Part shown: piece by piece, positions 48,065 to 61,233 of the stretch
How the letters are laid out: every line of letters begins with the position of its first letter
Position numbering within the stretch: the stretch's first letter is position 1
NCBI RefSeq assembly: GCF_016432865.1
Contig: NC_067399.1
Coordinates: 261,082,001-261,146,000 of the forward strand
Length of the DNA stretch: 64,000 nucleotides
Direction: 5' to 3'
DNA from: Antechinus flavipes
Taxonomy: Eukaryota
The notes under the pieces: generated by a model
Database searches by the model: none
What the model was told of the DNA's origin: nothing
The model's input: the letters and a program-made list of their open reading frames with translations, nothing else
Position numbers and translations under genes: made by a program

Positions 48065-48100
48065 GACTCACTGGTCTGGGGTTATGATTCTCCAATTGGG
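48065..48100 (+). pseudogene. tRNA-Pro(TGG) 5'-half relic
   Basis: GACTCACTGGTCTGGGGTTATGATTCTCCAATTGGG matches 28/36 of tRNA-Pro positions 1-36 without gaps. Confidence 0.6.
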
Positions 48101-49574
48101 AGGCTCATGGCACTCTGTACAAGATTTGAACATTCTAAATATTCTTTTCTCTTTCCTGAATGGCATAGTAAATATAAAAGGATATTTGGACTATATTAGA
48201 AGCCTAAGCAGAAATAAATATCTGAAGTAGTCACTATTGAAAGCTCAGCCTAATGAAAAGAAGACAGGATTGAAAGTCAGAAGATTTTAATTTGAGTCTC
48301 AATCCTATCACCAGATAACCATTTGTATGGCCAGAAATGAGTGACTTTGTCTGTTTCCTCACCTATAAAATGAATATAGTTCTATAGAGAGAGTGCACTT
48401 TTATCTGGTAAGTGACAGAAAAGTCTTCATTAGGTAATATCACCTAAGAGTAGTCTTAAAAAAGAAAAGTCCCTCAAGAGATAAAAATGTGGCATTATGG
48501 TGGGAAGAAATATAGAAACCATTAACATGCACAATGAGCAAAAAACTGAGAATGAATGTTAACAGTCAGAAGAATAATCCAATAAACTGGAGAGTTGTGT
48601 GAGATGAACATAAAAAATAAAAGTACAGCAGATTGTGAAGGGCCTTAAATATCAAGATTAGGAAATGTTCAATTAAAGGTTTATAAATAAGAATAAGTGT
48701 GTCAGATTCATAGTGGTGCATTAGGAATGGAGATTAAAAAGAAGGTTGCATCACAACCTCCCAGAAAGAGCAACTTGTGGAATTTCTCTTAAACCTATCC
48801 TTCATTTACCATTCGACATTCTCACATCCTTCACCATCCTTCCATTGTGCAATCTTCAAGCCCCATCCTTCTGTATTTTGGCCCTTCATAGTAGTATTTT
48901 ACAACTTAATGGTAACCCACAAGAACAGTGATAGTGCCATTGGGAATATTTCCCAATCATAATAATACTTCTCTGACCTCTAGATCACTTTCTGACTGTG
49001 GCCAGGGACTATTGGAAAGCTGATTTTGAACTCTGTGTAAGAGACCCACAGACTTCTCCCATTTTTATTTTATTTTGAGTGGAACAGAGTGAGTTGCACA
49101 GAATGATTAGGTATGAATTTATTGAGACCTTCACTGGAGATCTTAATTATTTTATCTTCCTTCAAATTTTGATCCTCTTTTGAATTTCATATTTCTGTCC
49201 AAAACAGCACCATATTACCAGTGACCCAGATTTGAAATACCAGTGACCCAAGTATTACATAAGACTTTTCCAATATATTGTATTTTTTGTCTTTATTTTT
49301 ATCTCTAGAGCTTAGCAAAGTACCTGGTACACACTATGTCCTTAATAAATGTTGATTTGACTTAACAAGAAAAAAATCAGGTATTGCCCCATACTGTGGT
49401 ATCCAACTCAGTTATGTCTATTTAGTTGCTGCTCTTTAGAGTTGGTTACTGAGTCCATTTCTTGGACAGATCTTAGAAATGGACAATTAACTGGGCCCCA
49501 AAACTGAATAGGAGAGTTGACTGAGCCACCTGTATGAAATTATCTAGTGCTTTTCTCTTAAAAAAAAAAAAAAA

Positions 49575-50720
49575 AGACTTTTATTGATTTTTTTTTTACA
49601 TAAGAATTTCTCTCAATATCCTTTTTCATCTTCCTCTCACAGAGCCTATATAACAAATATTATTTAAAAGAAAAATAGGGGGAGGGAGCAACAGAGAAAA
49701 ATTAGCTTAGGCATAAATACACTAAAAAAAAAAAAGCTGAAGTATATGCAATGTGCATATTTGGTGACTGCTCACCTCAAGAAAAGAGAGAAGTAGAAGT
49801 GCCTTCTCATACCTTCACTGCAGCTGTTCCCACACTTTGTAATTTTGCAACATTCACATGTGACTGTTTTACTCTTTTCTTTTACATTGTAACAATCACT
49901 GAGAATAACATATTCCTGGTTCTGATTACCTCATTTTGAATCAGATTATATAAAATTTTTCCATATTTCTATGTATTTATAATAGTTTTTCTTTCTTAAA
50001 GCACAGTAATTTTCTTTTATAGTTGTGTACAACAATTTGTTTACCCATTCCTGAACTGATGGACATTAAATGCCAGCCCTGCATCTGGTACGTAGCAGAG
50101 GCTTAATTCTTGATACCCAACTACTTTGTTTCTAATATTTTGCTACAACAAAAAGTACTGCTATAAATTTTTTGGAGTATGTGGGTGATTTTTTCTCATC
50201 AGTGCTATCTTTGAGACATAAGTCCAGTACTGGAATCTCTAGTTAAGATGAATTTCATTTAAATAATTCCAAATTGCTTTCCAAAATAATTGGACTGATT
50301 CACAGCTTCATCAACAATGCACTAGTCTGCAAAACTCCTCCAAAATTAACTATTTTCATCTATTATTATTTTTGCCAATTTTCAGGACATAAAATAAAAC
50401 TTCAAGTTCTTTTGATTTGCAATTCTTTTATTAGTAATAATTTCAGTAATTTTTTCACATTGTTAATAATTTGAAATTTTTTTGAGAATTCTTCGTTCAT
50501 ATCCTTTGATTATTCATCCATTGTGGAGTGGCTTTTATATATTATTTCCATTACTTGTCTATATATCTTGAATGCCAAAACCTATTCTGAGAAATTTAAT
50601 ATAAATATATTTTCATTTGACCATTTCAGCACTTATCCTAGATATGTTAATTTTGTTTGCATAGAAGCTTTTTGGTTTCACTTAATCAAGGTTATCTCGT
50701 TTATTTTATATAATTTCCTC
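49575..50720 (-). mobile_element. Old antisense L1 3' region
   Basis: 'tttattga...', 'cagtaattttcttttatagttgtgtacaacaatttgtttacccattc' and 'ggactgattcacagcttcatcaacaatgcactag'. Confidence 0.7.
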
Positions 50721-50900
50721 TAGGCAGCTAGATGGCACAATGGATATTATGCTATAGGGGGAATTGGTAACACCTGAGCTCAAATCCTGACTTATATACT
50801 TATGACCTATGTAACCCTGGGCAAGTCACCTAACTGCTATTGTCCTCAGTTTCCTTACCTGTAAAATAAGGCTAATAATGGCACCTACATGTGTAGTTTC
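50721..50900 (+). mobile_element. CORE-SINE (MIR/Mar1-like)
   Basis: tRNA-derived head 'aggcagctagatggcacaatggata...gagctcaaatcctgac' plus the core 'gtaaccctgggcaagtcacctaac...cctcagtttcc'. Confidence 0.7.
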
Positions 50901-52771
50901 CAACATATATAGATGTGTAGTAAATGCTTGTTTACTTCCTCCATGTCTTATTAGTTAAGAATATATCTTCTATATGTATGAACTAATTTTTATAGTATAG
51001 TATTAAGGTCATATATTTTTTTGAAATTATTGGGAAGTAGGGCACAAGATGTTGATCTAAGCCTAGTTTTTGCCTGTATAGTACTTTTAAGAACTTCCTC
51101 TTTAAATAAAGGCTATCTTTAAAAATTTTTTTTTCTAGTGATGCTGTGTGATTATAATTCACGAAATATCAATGTAAAAAGAGGGTCATCCAAAGGTAAC
51201 AGAGAAATGCATAAGTTGTGGGTACAAGTTGACTGAAATACATTACCAGTAAAAAATATATAAGAGGAGGGTTTTAAAAAATGCTACCAGGAAATGTGAT
51301 CAGAAAAGATCTGGTCTTTTGGCAAAAACAAGGACTAATGACTGGTTAGCTTTTATACTCCATTGGAACATTTATATATATATAATGTCATGAGACCATA
51401 GATCTATTGAAGTTGCCTTTTTTTTTTTTTAACTATAATCTGTATGGAATTGTTTCTGGACAGAAACATCTTGGGTTATTAATTAATCTTCCCACTCACA
51501 TAAATGACTAGATTCAGTTTCACAATATTATTGCATCATTGACAGGTAGGAAAAATCCATGCTTCTGGACTTTCCCCATTCCCTCTGAATTTGAGTCAAC
51601 TTAGGGTCTGTTTAATGCCCTTAACAAATCTCTGAAAATCTAGATATCTCATCATAACCTGCTCCTCCTCATTGCCTCTTTCTCTACTCTTTTGCAAACC
51701 TTCCTTATGTAGAAATCATTGGAGATATATATATATGATAAGAATCAATAGTGTAACAGGAAATGAAAAAACCATAACAGCATCCTTACCACATATTGAA
51801 ATTTTAAAGATAAACACAAGATATGACAGTTAGGCAATAAACATTTATTATGCATCTACAATGTGATGAGCACTGTGCTAAATGATAAGTAGAAATAATA
51901 CTATAAAAAAAGAATAGTAATTTTTTTAAAAGGCAAAAAAAAAAAAAAAATCCCTAACTCCAAGTAGTTCAGAATCTAATGAGGAGATAGCATGCAAATA
52001 AATAGGTGTGATGTGGAAATATCTGTGGATTCACTGATAGATACTACTGTCAATCATAAATATCAACATGCAAAAACATTTCATTAACTGATTTATTTTG
52101 TGCGCTGCATAATCTCATGGTATCTAGAAATAACAACTGATTTCCAGATAGAGTTTTCATATGACATATAATTTTGCTAATTTCATCAAGGATAAAAAAA
52201 AGGTACAATTGAATTTTATGGCTGCCAAATAGCAAAAGAAGATTTATATTTCAAAGATAAGTTTACAAAATTACTAGTGGGTTAATGGAGAGGAAGGTTT
52301 GCATGTAAAAGACAGGAAAGAGAGAGAGAGATTATAACAGGTCAAGTTATTAATTGATCAACAAACACTGAGAGGAGTTACTCTGGAAATTATAACTAGC
52401 TAAGTAATAGTTATCACAAAGCCAGACTAAAGTTTCTTTTACCCCCTAACCAGTTAATTATATGGGTTAAATTACTGGTGATCTCAGCCAAATTCCACTC
52501 TATAAGGAAAGCTTTGGTTATTTATTTGATTTTTTCCAAACAAAATGGCCATCCTGAAAAATTAGAGTTATAATAGTTTGGGAAAGACTTCTTGTAGACA
52601 GTAGGATTTTACCTGGGACTTGAAGGATTACAGGGAATCTAGGAGATAAAGATGAGGAGGGAAAACATTCCAGTCCCCAGCAAATGACTTGATTAGGAAA
52701 TAGAAAGTTTAATGCTACTGGATCAAAAAGTAAAAAGGGAAAGGAAATACAAAGTGTAAGAAGACTGAGAG

Positions 52772-53335
52772 TGTAGTGTCCTTCTGGAGGCCCCATGTTG
52801 GGAACCAAAATGTAGTGTCCTTATGGATGTCCCTGTTCAGGCACCAAAAGATAGTGTGCTTTCTAGAGCCCCCAAATTGGGGTGCCAAAATATACCATCC
52901 AGACTAGCTCTCTAGAGGATCTCGGGACCAGCCTTGGTCTTAGTGGAGGAGTGAAGGAGGCAGGAGACTCATGAGAATGGTCAAAGATGGAGTGTCCTTA
53001 TTTCAAGTCCTCTCAGCCCTTAAATACCTTGGTATGATTACATCATTACAGCACACTAGGTATGTGCCAACTAGAGAACCATTATATCATCACATCACAC
53101 TGAGCAAGAGCTAACTATAAGCACCCTGCTATTGATATGCAAATGCCTCTATTTACTGGAAGTGTCCCTTGCTTCAAGTAGAACACAGGTGTTCATGCCC
53201 TTCTTGACTTCTCAGGAAGGGTGAAAACACCAAAGGGAAATGGGGAGCCAAACCAGACATTGACAACAGGTTCCTTCTGGGCTGAAGGATCTTATACCTT
53301 ACCCAGGGTTCCCCCACTATCTGTGGCCCTCTACA
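52772..53335. mobile_element. Solo LTR with three ~40-bp tandem repeats at one end
   Basis: TG...CA ends; unit 'tgtagtgtcctt...ccaaaa' is repeated at 52772-52890. Confidence 0.55.
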
Positions 53336-53349
53336 GAAGAGTAGGGGAG

Positions 53350-53900
53350 AAATAGATTATGAAGGATTTTGAACACCAACCAGTGAATTTTTCAGTTGAT
53401 TATGGAGATGTTAGGGAACCACTGTAGTTTAGTGAATATGAAGGAGGATGCTTTGGTAGGACTTGCCAACTATGGAAAAATCACTTCATTTACTGACTGG
53501 AGGATGGACTGGGTTGTGGAGAGATAGGCAGACCAACTAACAGACTATTGAATAATCCAAATGTAAGAATGAAGTTCTGCACTTGAGTGATAGTAGTATC
53601 AAAGGTCATAAAGTGCCGTATTTCAGAGATGTTGGAAAAATCAATAAGCCTTTGCAACAAATTGGATAAAGGAGTTGAAAGATAGCGAGGAGTGTAGGAT
53701 GACAACTAGGTTGTGAGTTTGAGGAACTGGGAGGCTAGTGGTTCTCTGGACAATAATAGAAAACAGAATTGGAAGGGCAAAAATAATGAGTTCAGTTCTA
53801 AGCATGTTGAGTTTAAGATTTTTATGAGACATTCAGTGTAATACATCTGAAAGGCAATTGCAAATTCAAGCCAGTTTCTATCAACCACTCTTTCCCAGTG
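53350..53900 (-). mobile_element. L2 fragment
   Basis: 'ggagatgttagggaaccactgtag', 'aagcatgttgagtttaagatttttatgagacattcag'. Confidence 0.6.
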
Positions 53901-55064
53901 GTATAAAAAATTTTCAACATGACTATATTTTTGGATCCTTTTAAAGATAATTTACTCACCAAGCTCTTGAATTTAATTGTCCTTTATCTGGAACATCTCT
54001 GTACATTTATTTCTTCATCACTATCTGATATTAGATTCTTACTGATGAACATCACCTTATTTGTTATCTTTCTCTCATACCAGTTTCTGGCATGAGCCCA
54101 TCTGTTCCCCAGCACCCTATGAGGTAGATAGTTGCAAAATTACAGAACATAGTTTTTAGAAAAAACCATAGAAGCTACATTATTTATCACATTCAATTGG
54201 CCAGTAAATACTCATTTAAATTGTCAGTATTTCCCAGAATAAGTTCATCTCCACCCCAACTTTAATAAAAATAAGTATGAATTTTATAGAAGACAGGGAA
54301 GAAAAGTATTATAATTCAAGATAATATGCCCCAATGACAAGAAATAAAATAGTCTTTCATGAAATTTTTACCTGAACCTAGATGAAGAAGAAATATGGGA
54401 AGCAGAAGAGCTGATCAAAAGTTATTCCCCATAAGCCCTTCAGGGGTCTCAAGCTTCCATCACTATTGGCATTTCTTTAGAGTCGGAAACTAGTCCCTTG
54501 GTTCAATTTTCTTTATTTCTTTTCCATCTGATAGTAATTATTTAGGGATAACAAGCAGGTTTAAAAAGGTTCAAGAAGTCTATACAGACTTGATCTACTG
54601 GCATGTCTTTCTGTGCTCATTGGTAAAAGGTCTTGTGAACTTTCATATTTGTGGCAAACTTATTGATTTTAAGGAAATTTATTTAATCAGAAAGAGTCCC
54701 TCAAGACTGTCAAAAAATTCATTTGATATTTGTAATTGGCAATGACAATTTTTTACTTGGTTTGGCTTGTGAATCCTTCATTAAGAAAAAGAATATTTAA
54801 AAAGAGAGAAAGAAAAGGAATAAGGGCTAGGTGATCCTTTTAACTCTTTGTTAGTTCTAGAATTCTGCAGTTTGGTGTTGCTGAAGATGTTAATAGAATG
54901 AAAATGGTAGTGAGAAAGATTTTTCTAAGACTGAAGGACTTATCCCATATGGAGACAAGACTGATTCTCATGCAGTACCAAAACAATAGGCAGAATGCAG
55001 AGGTAAATTAGATCTATGCTTTCTTCTTAATTTCATTCTTTTTCCTACCATAGCTCTAATGATA

Positions 55065-56015
55065 TCAGAGATGCCCAGAACAAACTAACACTTTTTTAAG
55101 CATATCTTTTAAAGCTATCTTCACTCTTTCATTTCGAAGGGTGTAAATGACAGGATTCATTAGTGGTGTCACAAACGTAGTCACTACTGTCACTGCCCAG
55201 TTTGTGCCAACAGAACTACTTTGTGATGGTCGGACATAAAGGAAGATGGCACTTCCATAGAAGAGCGTAACCACCATCAAGTGGGAGGTACAGGTAGAGA
55301 AGGCCTTCTGTCGGCCTGAAGCTGAGGGTATTCGAAGGACAGCCAAAACAATGTGACCATAGGAAGTGGCAGTGAGCAGAAGAGACACCATGATGACCAC
55401 TGAAGCCAGAGCAAAATCAACCTCTTCCAATTGCTTGGTGTTGGTGCATGCTAGACGAAGCAGCGGACCACTATCACAAAAGAAGTGTTGGATCACTACA
55501 TCCTGGCCACAAAAAGGAAGCAAGGCTACAACCACGGTAGGACCAATCACAGGGAGAAGGCCCCCTGCCCAGCAAACCAGAGCCAATCGTAAGCATATGG
55601 CCCCACGCATCAGTATAGGATATCTCAAGGGGTGACAGACAGCCAGGTAACGATCCACAGACATGATAGCCAGAAGCAGGAACTCAGAAGCACCAAGGCA
55701 GAAGTAGAAATAGAATTGAATAATGCAGGCAGTGAAAGAGATGGTATGCCGACCTGAAAAGAAGTTAGACAGCATCTTGGGAATAATCACCGAAGTGATC
55801 AGGATCTCCAGGAATGAGAGGTTCCCCAGGAAAAAGTACATAGGAGTCTGCAGGCGGGGATCAACTCCTACCACACTTATAATGACTATATTGCCCATTA
55901 GTGTCAGCAGGTACACTAGCAGGAATATCGAACAGAGCTCAGTTTGCAGACTGTGAAGAGTGGGGAAGCCTGCCAGGATGAACTCAGTCACACCACTGCT
56001 CTGATTCCTGCCCAT
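55065..56015 (-). CDS. OR6S1: Intact class II olfactory receptor, family 6 (OR6S1 orthologue), 316 aa
   Basis: Single coding exon with OR motifs LQTPMYFFLGNLS, MSVDRYLAVCHPLRY, KAFSTCTSHL and PLMNPVIYTLRN, plus an N-terminal NQS sequon. Long stretches match human OR6S1 as recalled (QHFFCDSGPLLRLACTNTK, AIFLYVRPSQS, TNWAVTV.TTFVTPL). The true start is the ATG at 56015; the ORF track's 56033 start is a GTG. Confidence 0.95.
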   Translation of the reverse strand: MGRNQSSGVTEFILAGFPTLHSLQTELCSIFLLVYLLTLMGNIVIISVVGVDPRLQTPMYFFLGNLSFLEILITSVIIPKMLSNFFSGRHTISFTACIIQFYFYFCLGASEFLLLAIMSVDRYLAVCHPLRYPILMRGAICLRLALVCWAGGLLPVIGPTVVVALLPFCGQDVVIQHFFCDSGPLLRLACTNTKQLEEVDFALASVVIMVSLLLTATSYGHIVLAVLRIPSASGRQKAFSTCTSHLMVVTLFYGSAIFLYVRPSQSSSVGTNWAVTVVTTFVTPLMNPVIYTLRNERVKIALKDMLKKVLVCSGHL

Positions 56016-56033
56016 AGCCACTAGTTTTCTCAC

Positions 56034-56052
56034 CTGTTGAACAAGGGAAGGA
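56034..56052 (-). promoter_or_regulatory. Splice acceptor ahead of the OR6S1 coding exon
   Basis: Minus strand ccttcccttgttcaacAG|gtgagaaaactagtggctATG: a pyrimidine tract and CAG 18 nt before the ATG. Confidence 0.6.
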
Positions 56053-57189
56053 TAGTCATGATGAAAGAATGCACATCTAGGTACTTATCTGCCCCTATCC
56101 TTCTCATTTTCTTTTCTCATTGAGACATTATACCAAAACCAGATGGAGCTAAGGTCATCTTCCAACAGGTTGGATACCTTTAAAGAATAGCTGAAGTCTA
56201 GGCGTAGAAACCTAAACCTTCAAAATAAAAAGCCTGCTTCCTTCACTACTACCTTTCTCAAACTAAGTTATGTCTTTTTTTCATTGGCAAACTTAATGAA
56301 AAAATTTACATAGATAACACAAACAAGACTGGGAACAGGAGAATTTAAAACTGGTTTGCCTCAGAAAACCAGGCACTATTTGATGCCATTCAACCCAAAT
56401 CAAACCTGGGTAATCCCATTTGTCCATGCAGAAGTGACTTAATTTTTCTATCACTTAGTCTGTACTCATTTTCTATTAGAGACAAAATCAAAAACTGAGG
56501 GTTTTTTCCCCCCTTGTTCAGAGTAAATGTACTCATTGAATCTCAGAATTGTAAAAGACTTCACAGACTACCTAGTTTAACCTATATTTGATTGAGAATC
56601 CCATCTACATATAATATCCTCAAGAAATGTCTATTCAATATTTCCTTGAGATTTCCATAAAAGGGAATTCCTACTTCCTAAGGTAATAAAAGCTACTTTT
56701 AAACTCTTCTTTTAGAAGCAATTAGGTATGTGTGTATATGTATATGCACATATATACATGCGTGCTCGCATACATGCATGTAATATATCCACACACACAT
56801 ACATATATATTTTTATATATACACATATAATATGTATGTGTGTTTGTATACCACACTGGACCTGGAATCAGGAAGACCTGGATTCAAATCTAGCTTCAGG
56901 CACTTAATAGTTTGTGTGACACATTTCAGTATTTTCAGATGTAAAAAAGAAAAGGATAATACCCTCTCAGCATTGTTGAGAGAGTCCAATGAGGTTATAT
57001 TTACTTAACACAATACATTTAATAAATGTCTACTTCCTTCCTTTCTTTCTTTTGGATACCTGTAATTGTTAGGAAGGTTTTTCATTTTTAGACTTAATAA
57101 TTATTTCTACATATACCTATTTTGCACTGAATGGGTATAGCCGCAGTCAAACTGTGATTTGTGATTACCTTAGCTTTTAAGCTTACTTA

Positions 57190-57405
57190 GCTTTAAAAGG
57201 CCAAGGTTTCCCATAGCTTCCAGGGCCATTTCCAAACATCCTGATCTATATTTGGTCACTGGACCCAAGTGGCTCTGGAGGGGAAAGTGAGGCAGATGTC
57301 TTTGCATAGCTCTCCCTCATTTAAATCCAATTCACTTGTTTTTTGAGGCATCACCTCCTTAATGTCATAGTCCTCTTCAAGAATGATGGACAAACAATCT
57401 AGTTT
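57190..57405 (+). mobile_element. Marsupial MdoRep1-like interspersed repeat
   Basis: 'aaggccaaggtttcccat...ggacccaagtggctctggagg...aaatccaattcacttg...ggacaaacaa'; second copy at 38908-39190. Confidence 0.6.
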
Positions 57406-58204
57406 TCTAACTATGCCCTCTGGTGACAAATTGTGCAGATATATTCTCTTTTCTACATGAGAACTGTTGCAATACTTTGTGACTACCATGATGACCTCAG
57501 TCTTTACTTTTTCACAATATGTATTTTCAATTCATCCTCATTTGGCATTGTCTCCAATCCTTTCAACATCTTGACCATGCCCAAGCTTGTCATTATTTTT
57601 CTTAAATGTTATACTCCAGATGTGGGCTGACTAGGGCAGAGGAGAATAGGACCAGTAAGTCAGTCAGTCAATAAACATTTATCACTATGTCCCAGCCACT
57701 CTTCTAAGTGCTGGATCAGAATCTCCCTCATTCTGCACACTTTGCTTTCTAATGCAACTTAAGAGGGCTTTAATATTATTTCTCTGACTTTTCATATTAT
57801 TATTCATATTGAGACCACCAAGTCTTCTAAATCCTTTTTTAATTCACATTAATGGCAGTATGATTGTGCCTTCCCCTATTTTGTATTATGAAATTAATTT
57901 TTTAAAACTCAAAGGTGGACTTTATGATGATCTTTCTTATATTTTGACTAACTAGATTTGACTCACTCTTTTAATCCATCAAAATTCTTTTGTATTCTGA
58001 TTTTGTCATCCACTGTCTTAATTTTATGTCATCTGCAATTTTACCAAATGCAACATTTATACTTTATCAGTCAAATAATAAATATTTGTTTAAAATCTTT
58101 CTATGTGCTAAGTGCTAAGGATTCAAAGAAAGGCAAAAGATAGACTCTGCTCTCAAGAAGCTCATAGTCTAATGAAGGATTCAACATGTAAACAATTAGG
58201 TCTA

Positions 58205-58429
58205 NNNNNNNNNNNNNNNNNNNNNNNNNNNNNNNNNNNNNNNNNNNNNNNNNNNNNNNNNNNNNNNNNNNNNNNNNNNNNNNNNNNNNNNNNNNNNNNN
58301 NNNNNNNNNNNNNNNNNNNNNNNNNNNNNNNNNNNNNNNNNNNNNNNNNNNNNNNNNNNNNNNNNNNNNNNNNNNNNNNNNNNNNNNNNNNNNNNNNNNN
58401 NNNNNNNNNNNNNNNNNNNNNNNNNNNNN
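58205..58429. other. Assembly gap (225 N)
   Basis: Run of N. Confidence 1.
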
Positions 58430-61048
58430 CTCTGTCTCTCTAAATTCGGAGTTCATAGGTACATGTTCCAAGTATCTGATCTAAGATTTGAACCGAAGAT
58501 TTAAACCCAGGTCTTCTGAACACTTGTTCATTATTTTGTCCATAGATAACATTTCATAAATTGACAAATGTCTTACAGAGAAATAAGAAGGCTGATGCAA
58601 ACATCATATGATCCAGCTGGAAGGCACCTTGAATCCCTATCTTTTCCTCTTGCTGTATTCTTAGAGATGAGATGGAAGCTACAGGATGTTAGAAACAACA
58701 CTGGATGTGGAAAGAGAGGATTTGAATTAAAATTCCAGCTTTGTAAGACATGCAACCATTAATATTTCAAGGTACATATCTAACTTTGGTCAAATCTAGG
58801 CCTTGGTTTCCTCTTTTGCTCATTTAGAACATTGGGCACTCAATTTCTAAAGCCTAATTTACATATCTATGATTTTTTGATATTATAAATCTGAAATATG
58901 GAAAGCACATATGCATTGACCAAGACCACATAGATAGTAGGTAACAGGGTTTGATTTGAATGTAGACCTTCTTATGTAACAAATGAATGTGTAACATGAA
59001 TATTGGGGTAGGAAGTCATTGAAAGTCACACTTTTAAAAATTCCTGCACTAGAAGTTCATTTGTAAAATGAGATGGACTGAATGTATGTGTGTATATGTG
59101 TGTGTGTATTTGTGTACATGAAGCCTGTATTCATTTGTGTCCCTCTTTCTAAAGTCTTGTACTTTCATGAAACAACTCCCATCTTTCCTCACTTTCCATA
59201 TGCTGAAAGATGGTTCTCATTCATTTCTGACTCATTTAGGAAAACAAGGGGTGACTAGTTAAATCTTCAAAAACAGAGATGCCATATGATTTGCCTAGGG
59301 AATATATGACTCCCAATTCCAAAGTACTTTTAATTGAAACCACATCAAATCCTGGTCATTTATAAAGTCAGAAGGAAGTCCTCCAAGCTCTGGGACCCAA
59401 TAATAATAATTCTTATTGATATAGTATTTTGGGAGAGACAAAACCCTTTCTTTGTAATAATCCAGTGAGGAAGATAGTGCAGATATTATCTCGCTTTTAA
59501 AGCTGAAGAAGTCTGTTGGGAAAGTTAAGTGACTTTTGTATAATTATTACATGTCCAAATTAGGATCTGAATGAAAACTTCTCAAAGTTAGATATACTCT
59601 ATCTACTCTATGAGTAGCTCCAGTTCTGAGTATGATATTTCCTGGGAAAGATTATCCATATCATGGATTTACTTTTTTTAAAAAAATTTTTCTAGCTAAC
59701 AGAATAACAATATTCTTATCCATATACTGAGTGATCTCTGAAATCCTCTCTTCCTTATTTGCTCTTGTAGTATTTTCTTAAGCAAAAACTTACTTAATGT
59801 TTATCACAGAAAAACAATGATTTGCTTACATAGAATTTCTGAGCTGTATTTGATTATAATTAGACAAGTCTACCAGAGCCGGGGGAATTGCTATCCTCTG
59901 GTTTAAAAAAGAAAAAAGACTCTGGAGAAACTCTCATCACCAGGTGATAAGGATTTTTTACAACACCAGTGTGTATTAAAAATTTGCTAGAATTGTTGTA
60001 AGGCTAATCTATGCTTATCTACAAATGGAAACAAATCTAAAATTCATTGTTCTTAAGATAGCATTCACTTTGAGTGACCAGTTGAAGGAGGAAGACATTT
60101 CCTTTCCTTCCCAATAAAAGCTCTCTGGAATTATCAGAAGAGTGTCCCTTTGATGAAGATGGAAATAAGAATTTACTTTCTATTGATCTTGCATCATTTC
60201 CTTATCATACTCTTACCCTCATGGACAGTTTCATAGTTCAGGTAATGATAGCAAGTCTATCTTTTAATACTTCCATATGGGAAGAGTAATTAGGAAAAAA
60301 CTAGGGATAATAGGATTGGGTATTACTGTCATTCTTTTCTGGTGCTTTCCTCCCTGGGTGTGGCCCAAAGACACAGCCTTTCTGCCTGATCTTGAGTGAG
60401 CTGACTCATACCTGTTCTTTTTAGGGGTTATGAGGTCCACATGATAGACAGCATCAGAAGATCAAGGATCTTCTATTTAAAGTTAGAAGGAACCTTGGAC
60501 TCAATCCAAATCTCTCATTTTACAGATGAGGAAACCTGAGGCCTAAAGAGGCTAAATTTCTTGTTCAAGATCACATCTCCCACCTTTGAAGGTTTCTACT
60601 AATCTTCACAATATTGTCCCAGATTCTTTTCTTAGGGTGTGGGGTGGAATTAGACAACAAATTAGTTTAAACTGCAATTGAAATTAAATTGTAGTTCAGT
60701 CATGGAGTTCCCTGAATTATCTTTATTGGACAAAAATTTTACTGAGAAGGAAGAGTAACCTTACACAGCTTAACAAATCTCAAGTCTCTGTTACTGAAAA
60801 AACTCAGGGAATAAAAACAAACAAACAAACAAACCACCCACCTCTCTATACTTACAGTTTCTTTTAAAATGTGTCTACTTGGAAGAAGTTCCCTTTAAGA
60901 TCAATTCTTTTGCTCTCAATAATTAATTTTATATGGAATATGCACTGGCTTTGGTCCATTCTTTGTGCTTCAATTTCTTCTTTGGTTCCACACAGTGTTC
61001 TGTTTTAAGGAAAGAAGGTGAAGAAGACTTTTGCTTCTGAATGGTTCT

Positions 61049-61233
61049 CTTTAATGAGAGAATCCTTAATATGTAATATTAGTAGCAATAACTGGTGAGG
61101 GTGTTTCATACACTGAGAACTGAATCAAGAAATAAAAACTTGGAGGCAAAAGGTTCTCCCCAGAGAATGAGGGGCCGAGACAAAGAGAGGATCCAGTTTC
61201 TGGAAGACTTAAGGGGAATTTATGCTTTAATGA
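61049..61233. promoter_or_regulatory. Candidate OR6S1 promoter (homeodomain and O/E sites)
   Basis: CTTTAATGAG at 61049, TCCCCAGAGA at 61157 and TTTAATGAA at ~61226, with a minus-strand donor ACT|GTAAGTA at 60855 just downstream. Motif-level evidence only. Confidence 0.3.

Noticed and set aside
45600-49000. Scattered Cys/His-containing frames vaguely recalling RNase A family proteins
   Set aside because: No signal peptide, CKxxNTF motif or correct cysteine spacing. A tBLASTn with RNASE4/ANG/RNASE9-12/EDDM3 would be needed to revisit this.
56016-56033. Six-residue N-terminal extension of the OR (MRKLVA) in the ORF track
   Set aside because: It starts at a GTG immediately after a splice acceptor. 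The ATG at 56015 gives the normal OR N-terminus.
58112-58504. ORFs spanning the N run
   Set aside because: Artefacts of the assembly gap.
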